A stretch of 64,000 nucleotides of DNA from Octopus vulgaris (GCA_951406725.2 OX597823.1:1922001-1986000), one strand, 5' to 3'. Numbered from the stretch's first letter, positions 13,135-25,103 are shown. Notes: generated by a model not told the origin, from the sequence alone. Translations and numbers: made by a program.

Positions 13135-13394
13135 GTTAATCCAAACATGAAAACACAACAACGCTAGTACGTGGAACAACTATAGTGTTATTGGACGCTC
13201 AGGAAAGGAAAGAAATATATATATATATAAAAACCCACTACACTCACGGAGTGGTAGGCGTTAGGAAGGGCATCTAGCTGTAGAAATACTGCCAGATCAG
13301 ACTGGAGCCTGGTGCAGCCTCCTGGCTTCCCAGACCCCAGTCGAACCGTCCAACCCATGCTAGCATGGAAAACGGACGTTAAACGATGATGATG
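12728..13394. mobile_element. Inverted pair of (GAT)n-tailed SINEs (12728-13084 -, 13233-13394 +)
   Basis: Arms of about 162 bp (12728-12889 and 13233-13394) are near-perfect reverse complements. The left copy has three internal tandem units of about 65-70 bp. Confidence 0.85.
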
Positions 13395-14977
13395 ACAACA
13401 TACATGCATGCATGCATACAAACATACAGATGTGAAAAGAATTGAGGGAGGACGAGTAATTCACACACATTATCAAAATCTATTAGGAACCCATTTAATA
13501 TTTTTTCTTTCCCATATCCCTCCGCCACTATCAGATTTAAGAAGGGTGGTCCCGAAATGTATCTCTGGAAAATTTCATTTAAAAATATCCACTTTTCAGA
13601 AAGTTACGAAGAACGTGGCACACATCTGTAGTTAAACAAATCAAGCCATGTCCTTTACGTGTTTAATCCTACATTAAATATTTAATAAAAATTATCTTTT
13701 TATTTTGGGCAAGAATCCTAATTTTTTTTATATTCTTTATCTTTTTAAATTGGAAATTATAATCCAACTAAAAAGAATTTATTTTTCCTCAAAATTTCAG
13801 TGTTTCATTCTTTAAACCCCTTTTGTCCTCCTCCATCCCGCAACTTTGCCATTTTAAGCGTTTTTTCTCCCTCGAAATTGCGTTGAGAATTGTATTTAAA
13901 GTTTGGAGTTGTCGATTATACAAAAATAATTTTTTCCACATTTCTCGATTGATGGCGGGGGAATGTTGAGGCAGATTTGCAGTCGGTTGGTTCAAGAGAA
14001 ATTCTTCCGTTAATAAAAATATTTCATTCTGGGGAACATCAGCATAACCGTACCCTTGAGTCTTATGTTAAACAATTATATGCCCAGGATGTTTGGCTCT
14101 CGAAACTATTCTGAAAACAATTCTTGTCCAAAAGTAGCACTGGATAAGTAATCGCAATATTTCAAGTGGTTAAAAGAAATTTATAAAGACCCCATATTCT
14201 ATCATTTAACTCGAGAAGTTTTGCTAAAATATTTTTTTGAAAAAGAATTCTCTAACTTTTTTTTCCTTAGAAACTCCGCCTAATTATCAAATTTGTGAAA
14301 ATTCTAGTTTTGCACAATCTTTTTTTTTTTATCCGAAAGAAATCGAAAATGGAAAAATTGCGGGTGTTTAGTACTCTCTCTCTCTCCCTCCCTTAATGCT
14401 GAAGTAGCAGGACAAAAACTATGGAATGGGAAATTTTGAAAAAATATCTTTTTTCTTTTTGACATAACTGCATTCTCTACTGTTTGAAACATGTAAACTT
14501 AAAATAATAAAGAAAAAACAATTTTCAAAAATGAAACGAAGGCAAAATGTAAAAAAAATTATTATTCTTAATAGTAATTTTCGAAAATGTTAGTATGGAA
14601 AGACTTCCTCCCGTCCTGGGGCGGGGGTACAAAAGGAAGTCTTGCTATTATTATAGAATTACTGCCATGTGGCCTAACTTTAATTTTAAAATAAAACTGT
14701 AGTATGTGATTTGAGAGCTATTTCTAGCAAATAGACCCATCACGTAGAAGCCCCCTCCCTGGTTGTGGCAGGTGGTGGAAGGAACTTCTACCCCCCCCCC
14801 CTCCTACTATTCTCTGATTCACAATTAACTCAAGTTCAAGGTGAATGAACCACTTACTGACGCCACCACAACTGTTAACTACTCCTCACACTACCACCAT
14901 TTACTACTATTACTCCCACCACCTTGTGGTGAGTGCGTGTGTGTAATTCTCGACATTGACATAACTAACGCGTTTTG

Positions 14978-15018
14978 ATTGGCTCAACGGCGATGACGTC
15001 ACACACTCAGTATATAAC
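14978..15018. promoter_or_regulatory. CCAAT box + palindromic CRE + TATA-like element
   Basis: ATTGG 14978-14982, TGACGTCA 14994-15001 and TATATAA 15011-15017 in unique, repeat-free sequence. Confidence 0.5.
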
Positions 15019-15892
15019 TAATTTCTCCGCTGTTTCAAGTTCTTGCCAGTTGCGGATTCGTAGAGAGAAGACCTCCGGAAGAATTGATGGTGTGCACTGG
15101 AGTTGTGCCAGTTTAGGAAAAAGTACTTTAAAAGGAAAAACTCCTGGCACAGAGAGAACAGCGCATATTTTTGAAGCTATACACAAATGATACACCGTTT
15201 GAGAAGATAAGTAAAAAAAAAAAAAAAAAGGATTACAGAAAAAATTATTAACCTTAAAGTAATAAAAAAAAAAGAAAAGAATTATTGATTGCCACATGGA
15301 CGAATCTCTGTTAATTTTATTTTGTTTTTATAATTAATTAAATTTTCATCTCATATCAAACTACTTTTAATTGTCTGTTACGATGTTTTATAACGATTAA
15401 TAATCATTTCAACTTGTAATTAACTTCTTTACAAACTTTTTCGCTTGAGACATAAAACGTGGACATTAAGCTTTTTTCCCCCAATATTATACTCTATGTT
15501 GATGTAACATTACCCTCGAGTTATATATTTGCAGAAATTCCAAAGCAACACGCACCATCAGCATTATTATTAATCATGAAGGCTGAAATTTTTAAAACGA
15601 AAATAAATTGCTTTTTATGGAAAATCTGGCTCTCCTGAAAATAAAGTGAAGCAGTTCCCCACGCAGAATTAATGTAGGTCGTGGACTCAGAACGTATGCT
15701 TCAACAGGATTTCTTACCAAATGTTAAAAGATTTCAAACATTTTCGATCCCACCACTCAGAATTTCTCAATGAAAACTTTGGGAAAGTTTCAGAGAATGT
15801 GGAAGATTAATTGGAGCTGAAACATGAGTTCCCGAAGATCCCAGCCCTGGAAACTATGATGATGATGATGATAATGTTTTATATATTGTTAC

Positions 15893-16024
15893 CTTGTTGT
15901 CTTGGAGCTGAGGTGAAGTTGAAAAGTCAGTGGCCGCCACTTCAGAGACTGGTTTCTCACTGGTGGTCGTCGTGTTTGGTTGTTGGGGGAAAAGTGGAAA
16001 CAACGTCGCCTCTTCTCTTAACAT
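15893..16024 (-). CDS. Probable first coding exon of the bHLH gene
   Basis: ATG at 16024, MLREEATLFPLFPQQPNTTTTSEKPVSEVAATDFSTSPQLQDNK, then AAG|gtaaca donor in phase 0, matching the phase-0 acceptor at 7857. CpG-rich unique upstream region 16025-16200. The link to the 7857 exon is inferred. Confidence 0.55.
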
Positions 16025-17079
16025 GATCGCTTGACGTCGGCAGCCCGGCAAAGTCGTTGGTGTCGAGCCAGGTTTGGATGGAGCTAATTGCGTGTTTAGT
16101 GAAAGAGTGAGAGATGGAGAGAAGAAACACAAAATTCTCAGTGAAGGAGGGTTAGGGTGGCGGAGAAGACGGCGACCGACCCGACACAAATCCCAGCATG
16201 CTTCACTCATATCTCCCCTTCCCCCTCTCTCTCTCTCTACCTCTTCTTCTTTATTCTTTAACTTCTCTCGTTCTCTCTTAATTCTCTTTATTTCCTGAGA
16301 TTTTCCAGGTTTCTTCCCTCTCGTAATAACCTTGTTTCTATATTTTCTCCCTTTGAGTTCGTTTTTCCTTTCCACGGAATTTCCTCAGATTACCTGGTGG
16401 GTTTTTTCTCCAAAACCCCTTCTATCACATTGTCCCCACCACCTTTCTCCCTCTCTGGAACCTTTATGTCCCATGTTTCACACCAAATCTTTATTTACCT
16501 GATCTTTTTGCCTTGTTCTCTCCGTTCATCTTCATTAAAGATCTTTCTCACCCCGCATTCTATACTCTTCCCCATTTCCCCCCACTGCCTCCTCTTCTTT
16601 TCATTCTTCGATTTTGTATAAAGTGAACAAGTTTGTGAGTTATATGAAAGAGAATTAAAAAGTGATGAAGCTAATGTATTATGTGATGTCTACATTGTTT
16701 TAGGACTCGGTAAGGGAAAGAGCAGCCCTTCGCGACCTTTTTTGCAGTTTTCTAGACTGAAGTGGGTGGGAGAGGTCCCAGTGGTAAGGGTACGGGTATG
16801 TAGAGAGAAGATATTATGTAAGGCAGTTAGGTGCTCCCCTCCATGTTTTGTGTCCTCGTAACTTTCTGGAAATTTCATACTTTTATATGAAATTTTGCAG
16901 AGACCCTTTCCAGTGTGTAGGTTATAATTATGTTGTTGAAATTAAGAACTTACTTTTTAGGGGTTTCGATAATCATTTTGTTTGGGACATTAACATTACG
17001 TAATCTACACTCGAAAATGTATATTTGCAAAATGTCTTTTAAAAATATGTATTTTATTGAGATTAAGGTAACAGAAATT

Positions 17080-17339
17080 GGGGCTAATGTAGAATCGCAC
17101 CTCTCCTGGAAAAATGCATTTTTTTTTAAATTTCTGATCCCCAATTTAAAATTGGGGGAGGGGTGAAATTTGGGCCCCTTATTAAACTTTATAACAGTAA
17201 TTATTAAACATTGTTTTTTTTTTGTTTTTGTTTTTTTTTTGTATATTTGTAATCTCCAACATCTAAAACGTAGGAATCCAAAAAACAAATTTCAAAGAAA
17301 TTCATTTGTCAGGGACAGGTGCGATTCTGCATTAGCCCC
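17080..17339. repeat. Inverted repeat (about 40-bp arms), MITE-like
   Basis: ggggctaatgtagaatcgcacctctcctgga (from 17080) versus tcagggacaggtgcgattctgcattagcccc (to 17339). Confidence 0.55.
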
Positions 17340-18721
17340 GAAAATATATACCTGGTATATTTCATGTATGAAATGTACATTTTTTTTTTCTCTTCAAAAA
17401 GTTTATACCACACAAGTAGAGAGAGAGAGAGAGAGACCTTCGTGCGTATGTATGTGTAGACATACACTTAAATCGGTAAAAGAGTTATGAAAATTACTCA
17501 AAGTTCAAGAGTTTTGTGCATCTCAACCCTTCATTTCAGGAACCTTCTGCCCATTAAACTGCATACGTGTGTGTGTGTGTGTTTATATGTATGTATTGTG
17601 TACGTTTTCCAGTACAGAGTGGAGGTGAGGGAGGGGGCAGTTTGTATTTTCTCAATTCCTCATTGACACGTTGCGATGTTTATTAATGTCCACCTTTGAA
17701 TTTCTTTACATGATTCACGTAGGGAAACCCAGAAGAGTTTCAGAATGTTGCATTTATAGGGATAGAAGTTAGGGTTATTGGGGTCTTTAGGGATACGGGT
17801 ATTGTTATTTAACCCTAGGTCAGTCGTGATGAAGCATGTAAATTATCAGAGGCATTCCAACTATAAACATTTCGTTTGCTTAAATTATTTAGGGCTTCAA
17901 TATCCGAGCTGTCCTTTTTTTCTAAGACGGTAGGATGTGAGTCAAGGGATTTGGCTGCTATTTCTCACAGGCTGTCTAGCAATATAGAACTCCCACGTTG
18001 TGTGATGCTTGTGTTGCTGCTATCGTGTTACTTGTGCCAACATGGGAAACCATTCATAATATAAAATCATGGGTCGGTACAAGAACTAAATCATTATTCA
18101 CAGCTGTTTTTTAAGTAAGGATTGCATTTTCCATTCTTAGTTTCGGTTGACTAAATATAGGATCAACCGTTCCAGTCGTGACCATCCCATTTTTTAAAAA
18201 ATTTTATTCAAAGTAAAAATGGTATATAATTTGAAATAAACTGGTTACTAAGTTGTGGTTATTGCTGGAAAAGTCGAACGTAAAGGCTCACACGAGGATC
18301 GCAGTTACTTTAAGTAAAAAAAAAAAAAGGCCCACAAAACCCTGAATTCCTAACTAGACAAATGATTACCCTGACTAGCATACTAATCACATAAATCCAT
18401 GTGCCTGTTGTGGATATATTTAAATACAAGTATGTATGTATAATAAATTTGGATATACTGTATACCTATTCTATGTATTCGTCCCTTTTTCTAGCACACA
18501 TGGCTTTCCATGTTTGTGTATGTCTGTTTGCTTGTTATTTTTATGTTTCTGCTTTGGGTATCTTCCGTCGATCTTGCACTGAGATCCCATGCTTTGTGGC
18601 TAAACCCAGAAATTTGCAAACCGAGGCATTAATGCATTGGCTGAAGTTTTATAATTGACGCCAGTGCTAATGGCTGCCATCAAGCTTTAACTCGTGTCCA
18701 CGTGTGTGTTGTGTTGTGTTG

Positions 18722-19081
18722 TGTAAGAAGTTTACTTCCCAACCTTAGGTTCCTGGTTCAATCTCACTTCTTGACACTTTGGGCAAGTGTCTTGCACGAT
18801 AGCTCCGGGTCGACCAACGCCTTGTGAATAGATTTGGTAGACGGAAACTGAAAGAACACTGTAGTGGCTATATATGGTATATGTCTATGTGTGTGTGTGT
18901 TTGTACCCCCATCCCCACCGCTGGACAACCGATGCTGGTGTGTTTACGTCTCCGTAACTTAGTGGTTCGGCATAAGAACCCGATAGAATAAGTACTAGGT
19001 TTAAGTCCTGGGGTCGATTTGCTCGACTACAGGCGGTGCTCCAGCATGGCCACAGTCAAATGACTGAAATAAGTAAAAGAG
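18722..19081 (+). mobile_element. tRNA-derived SINE
   Basis: Degenerate tRNA-like head, (TG)n core, tail ggcggtgctccagcatggccacagtcaaatgactgaaataagtaaaaga. Confidence 0.85.
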
Positions 19082-20208
19082 TATATATATATACACGCAC
19101 ACACACACACACTACTATTGAAAAAGCTGCAACGGAAATTTTAGAAAACATCTATAACTGAATATATATATTCACGCCACACAGAGAAAGATAGGTGTGT
19201 GTGTTGTATAAGGGTCCATTAATGCTATTTTAGTTTTTAAGACCAGTACAAGTAACTCTGTCACCAACATTGATTTATTGTAGGTAAAGTGTGTAAAAGC
19301 TATTGATATAAGAATCGATTACGTGTGTTATGTGATTTACGACACGTGGCGGGAGTGACAGATGCAAATAAAACAGACCATCGTTTTGGGGTGGGCGACC
19401 TTCCATTCAGAGAACTGGTGTAAGAGATTGATAGAGAGAAGCACACAATAATTATAACCCAGGCATGTAAATTCCAACGTCTTCGTCCACGTTTCTATGT
19501 CCCAAATATGGAGTGATGTGCTGTAAAAATAGACCAATGTTACATTATCGCATGTTTTCGGGGTTTTTTCCTATGCTATAATAATTATAAAAATTCTACC
19601 AGCCGGGCTCTTCACTTCGTTTATCAACACTTGAGAACGTCTATGTTATTAGTCAACACACTAGAAATAGCAGCCAAGTCTCTCATCTCGCGTTTTTATC
19701 TTGAAATGAGGGAATTACATATTAGATAACATACTCTGACCAGACATTATGATCGCGGCTAGAATGATTACTTTTGATAAAGCTGACCAACACTTGTAGG
19801 GTAGACTCGATACAGAATGACGTGGCGGCCACCCTGCCATGTCGATGTAGGTTTTATCTCTATTTAGAACAGCTGCTTTTTTTTTATTATACGGATTGGT
19901 TGGTGGAAATGCATGAACTTCACATTTCAGATCTTGTTTCTTTAATCTTTCAGATGTTAAGCCAATCTAAGAAATCTTATGCTGTTGTTAATTAACATGG
20001 ACTTTGTATACACGTGTGGAGGACAAACACACCTTTGGTCTCCATTGTCGAAAATGTCGCAGATGTACGGGGTCTGTAGCACCACCCACCTCTCTCTCAC
20101 ACACACACAATTCATACCTCACTCTTTCTCTCCTTCTATCTCTCTCTCTCTCTCTCATGCGCTGTTGTACGGGAAATAATGAAATTAGTCACAGTAAAAG
20201 ATTTATTT

Positions 20209-20535
20209 AGGCGGAGGAGTGGCTGTGTGGTAAGTAGCTTGCTTACCAACCACATGGTTCTGGGTTCTCATCCCGCTGCAAGACACTTGAGGCCTTGTGA
20301 GTGGATTTAGTAGACGGAAATTGAAAGAAGCCCGTCGTATATATATGTGTGCGTGTTTGTCCCCCAACTGATGTCAGTGTGTTTACGTCCCCGTAACCTA
20401 GTGGTTCGACAAAAGAGCCCAATAGAATAAGTACTAGGCTTACAAAGAATAAGTCCTGGGGTCGATTTGTTCGACTAAAGGCTGTGCTCCAGCATGGCTG
20501 CAGTTAAAATTACCTAAACAAATAAAAGAAAAGAA
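20209..20535 (+). mobile_element. tRNA-derived SINE
   Basis: A-box-like ggagtggctgtgtggtaag head; same body and tail as 18722-19081. Confidence 0.85.
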
Positions 20536-20969
20536 TAAACGAATGGTGTGGTGAGTTGATGGCTGGTACGGCAGCCGGACTTGTATTAAATTACTTGACT
20601 ACAAAGCAAAACGTTTCAAATTATTTGACTAATACAATAGAATACTGGTGTACTTTCACCAGATCTTTTTTTGTTTTTATTAATTCTAAAAACCTGTAAT
20701 CTTGGTTATAGTCTGTGGTGCTATGATCAAGAAACCCTCCAACTCCCGAAGAATCAATTTTAAGATGTCTCTGTAAAAAGGCAGGATCCACCAGGGCTCA
20801 AGTTGAGCATCTTTTAATGCTTGTCCAGTATTGATGGTCACGGGAAACTTGAAGAAATGGTAAATCAGTCAGTTGGCTTCAGAGGTATTCTGGCAACGAA
20901 ATAATTGTGTCCAGCACCATTTTGTAATAGACTGTTTCTCCTGGGCCGAGTTTTGGGGATCCACAGTGT

Positions 20970-21430
20970 ACTTTCAAGGGAAAATTGGCTGCTATTTCTA
21001 CCAGATGTCTACGATATAGAAGTCGAACATAAAGCAGTAGGATATGATTTGAGGGAAAATTGGCTATTATTTCGACGAAATCGAGATAACTTATAGAGCC
21101 TCCCACGTTAGCTCATACATAAAATTATGAAATGATGTTAGGGTGATTTGGTTACTATTTCCGGTAAGTCGAGCTACCATGTAAAGGTCTACTTTGGCTC
21201 ATAAATATATATATATATAGTATTGCGTGGTTTGAAGGAGATTTAGCTGTTAACTCTAGCGTGTCTAGCAGTCCACGTAGTCCACCCGTCGTTAGCTCAT
21301 GCGACAGTAGGACGTGGCTTCTGAGAGATTTAGCTCCTTTTCTATCAGATCAAATTACTAGGTTGAGGCTCCCTTGTGGATTAAAAACAGTGGGGTGTAG
21401 TTTCTAATGCCATGCAGAAGTCTTCGTTTG
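20970..21430 (+). repeat. Degenerate tandem array of a dispersed 75-90-bp repeat
   Basis: About five units with core gatttggctgctatttct...tcgag...tagaggctccc..gtt.gctc; single copies also near 2385, 14705 and 17935. Confidence 0.55.
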
Positions 21431-22323
21431 CAGGATTGATTGCAGGAGAGGGAACACAAAAGGAAGTTACTGGAAGAAGATATCCTTACATTTTTCGACG
21501 CCATTACGAACATTTAAAAACCCAATTCAAGCATTGCAGATGTATATATATCGAATTAAATATATAGACCTTCAGTGTAATATAACAAATATAAATATTT
21601 ATAGTCTTGTTGGCAACGTTTTGTAGTTTTTGAATGGAACGCATCCAGAAAATTCATGTTGGATTATGTGTGTCGTTTTTCACATTGATCCAAGACAAAG
21701 GTTGTGACCCCTATCATTGATATAGAAGTGGTCCTCGAGGAAATCCCTCTCGTATATGTGTGTGTGTGTGTGTGTGTCAGGTCGCTCTTGTGCTACAGGT
21801 AACATGTAACCCAGTACAACTTGTTGCACGGTCGGATCGTCGGCGACTAAACCGGCAACCCCACCCAGCTTGTTAGATGAGGAGGGTGGTTTTTGGACAC
21901 GATGTGAGATGAAAAGCACACCCATCATAGGGTGGAGCAACTCAGTGAAGTCAACAGCCACCCAATATAATCGAGGGGTAGATGGTGCTCACTAGTTGTA
22001 ATAAAGACAATCCATCTGGGAGAAGGAAATCTTTGAAATAAAAGCCATTCAGTGAGGACTTGCAACCAGACGTTACTATTTTGCACAGAAAAGATTATGA
22101 TATAGATTCGTCTGCAGATCACTGAAATGCATATATATATATATATATATAGTTGAAATTTGCAAAAGACGAAGACAGGTGTATTAGTTTGATGTTCGGG
22201 AAGGTGGGAAAGTCTTTTGCGTTTCGAGTCTATGCTCTTCAGCAGAAAGGAACGCGAGAAAATGTCACTGTATCCGAAAAAGAAGCCAACTCTAAGGCAT
22301 AGAGCAGCAATGTATTTAAAAGT

Positions 22324-22532
22324 AGTTAAGTCTATGTCCTCCGGTCACAGAGTGACCAATGGTTTCGCATTCATAAAGAGCCTAGCCCCATGGACGGCTT
22401 GTCAGACTTTAAAGCCGAAGACAAGTATAACTCTTTACCTTTGGGAGGTAGGAATCTGGCTTTAGAGTCTAAATAGACGTTCGCAGGGATGCGAAACCGT
22501 TGGTCACTCTGTGACTGGACATAGACTTAACT
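22324..22532. mobile_element. Fold-back MITE
   Basis: TIRs of about 48 bp (agttaagtctatgtcc..ggtcacagagtgaccaatggtttcgcat / atgcgaaaccgttggtcactctgtgactggacatagacttaact) plus an inner IR agactttaaagcc/ggctttagagtct. Confidence 0.75.
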
Positions 22533-24147
22533 GATTATAAATATACACACACGCACTCACGATGGGTTTCTTTGTTTTCGTCAACCAAATCCACTCACAA
22601 GGCTTTGGTTGGCCAGTGGCTGACTGAACCCGGAACCATGTGGTTGGAAAGCAAGCTTCTTATCACAACCACACAGCCACGCCATAGAAAGAGATAGAGA
22701 TATTAGTTTTCCTTCAATGACCCACAACTGAAAATTCTACGAGAAGGGCCGAGTTGCCCAAGCGATTCTAATTAACTCCAATAAATTTCTTTCAAATAAT
22801 CCTCTAAGTAAAACTACAGAAAAAGTAAGACACGAAGACTTGGCGTTTGGATTTCAATATGCCACATTCATGGCAATTCCTGTCAAACTACCCTTTGACC
22901 GCCGTCGGGTCTCCAGTGTTGGGTGAAAGCAGAAACTTTCTTTTCATCTGTCAGAATATAAAGACCCTTCTTTCGAGTGGGCGGTGTCGGCTGCTTCAAC
23001 CATTTACTATTTTATTTATTGATTTTTTTGTTTTTTGCCTTGTTAAAATGTCGAGTAAGCAACTAGTGAATTTGAAACTTACTCGAACCCTTCCTTTATT
23101 TTCTCCACAATAACATCTTTTATTTCATTTCGTTATTGTGGTTTCATAAGGACAGACAAGTTCCTCTCTCGAATTTCATTTAACATTATTATCATTGCAA
23201 TGTTGGAGCAAATAGCAGAGGAGGAAGAACTGCTATTTCAGAAAACGACACCTGATAGCGAAACAATGAGCCAGCCGGCGGCTTTGCTAGGCTGGCTCAC
23301 ATTTCAGGTGTTGCTATACATAACCACACAAGTGAATGCATTCTCTGCAATGCGAGATATCTTCCCATCAGCCACAGTCAGAGTAGACGTTCTTTGTGTG
23401 TGCGTGCGCGCGTGTGCCTTTATCTTTTGTATATGTGTATCTGAGTTTTACATCGCATAAATGAGAAAAAGGTGTATACATAAATACAGGTGTAATTAAT
23501 ACAGTGTGTTGTGGAAAGAATATAAACGAAAGCATCGTGAAAACATATCATTTCAAAAAAGGAATCTTGGAAGAGTCTTTTATGGTAAGGGTTTTATTCC
23601 GAGTGAGTTAAGGCTTAAGAAACATCGCAATTTGTGCAAGAACACAAGACACCAATCTAATATTTATTTTGATATAAAGAAAAGCTGCTACGACAAAGCA
23701 GCGTCCTGTTCAAAGGGAAATGCCGTAATCTCAGTAATACGGCATGGAAACCGGGTGAATCTCCGGCGTTTTGAGTCCGCGGATCCAAAGCTTCCAAATA
23801 CGCCACCTTCGAAATCACGAGCAAAAACACTCTATTGTACCAGTTTGATATTTAGAGGTTCTCTTCTGTTGCCTGCCTAAAGAAATCAGAAATATAAAAG
23901 AAACTTCTTTTGAAGCATTAAAAAGAAAGCATTGGATAAACTTGTAAGGACGAAACCGGGCCAGACAAGCATTCGGGGAAGACCGGCGGCTACAAACTCA
24001 ATCATACACCAAGTAACTAGCCTGGTGAAAGAAAGAAAAAACCTGATAGAAAATAATTAAAGCAGTGCTCCAGCATGGCCACAATCCTACAACCGAAATT
24101 TTTAAAAGAATAAAAGAATTGGTAAATATAAAGAAATTTAAGGAATA

Positions 24148-24719
24148 CTAGGGTGAATCGAAAAGTAATGCCATTTTGTTTAGGACAGGTAAAATTAGCA
24201 ACACAGCAACATCTTTCATACATCAAAATGAAGCTGGTCCTCTGTGGATCACATCCCTACATCTCAACAACATAGTCACAGTTTCTCTCAATAGCAATGT
24301 TCCACCTTCGAATGAGAGCAGGTATCCCTACCCCGTAAAATTCTGTTGACTGTTCTTTGAGCCACTTCTTCACTACAGTTTTCAGTTCCTCGTCACTGAA
24401 TTATCATCGTCACTGGACTATCATCTCTTCGGCCCCATGAAAGAAGGTTTGAGAGGCAAACATTATTTCAATGACGAGGAAGTGAAAACTGTAGTGAAGA
24501 AGTGGCTCAAAGAACAGTCAACAGAATTTTACGGGGCAGGGATACATGCTCTCATTCGAAGGTGGAACATTGCTACTGAGAGAAACTGTGACTATGTTGT
24601 TGAGATGTAGGGATGTGATCCAGAGAGGACCAGCTTCATTTTGATGTATGAAAGATGTTGCAGTGTTGCTAATTTTACCTGTCCTAAACAAAATGGCTTT
24701 ACTTTTTGACTCACCCTCG
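24148..24719. mobile_element. Palindromic non-autonomous mariner derivative (two inverted copies of the 3' end)
   Basis: TA flanks at 24146-24147 and 24720-24721; arms 24148-24400 and 24467-24719. Plus strand encodes the mariner C-terminus DYHLFGPMKEGLRGKHYFNDEEVKTVVKKWLKEQSTEFYGAGIHALIRRW. Confidence 0.9.
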
Positions 24720-25103
24720 TATTTCGAGTTTATAAAGGATTCGTCGTAGATAAGTATTTTATGATGGGTTATTGCTGGTAGTGTGGTTCGCTGTAAAGAA
24801 AGATCACATGTTAAGTACTGATCGAGTTTAATCTTTGATGATCAAAGATGTTCCAGCCTGGACCATCTCATCAAGTTTCTACCCACCCATCTTTTTCGGG
24901 TGGGGACGATTTCTTAAAGTGTTGCTCTCGTTGGCTTAGTGAAAATCCAGAATGGTTTTAAACTGGAATAAAAGTTAAGGTAATACATTCCATGTTTCTG
25001 GTTTCGCTCATTGGACTGCGTCCATGCTGAACGCCACCGTCATAAGTTCTGAGTCTGGACGTCCAGAGAACGTGGGTTGGGCATCGTTTGTTTATCTGGC
25101 GGT

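Noticed and set aside
22860-23325. Telomerase RNA hypothesis for the H/ACA-like locus
   Set aside because: No CTAACCCT-type template or pseudoknot was seen upstream.
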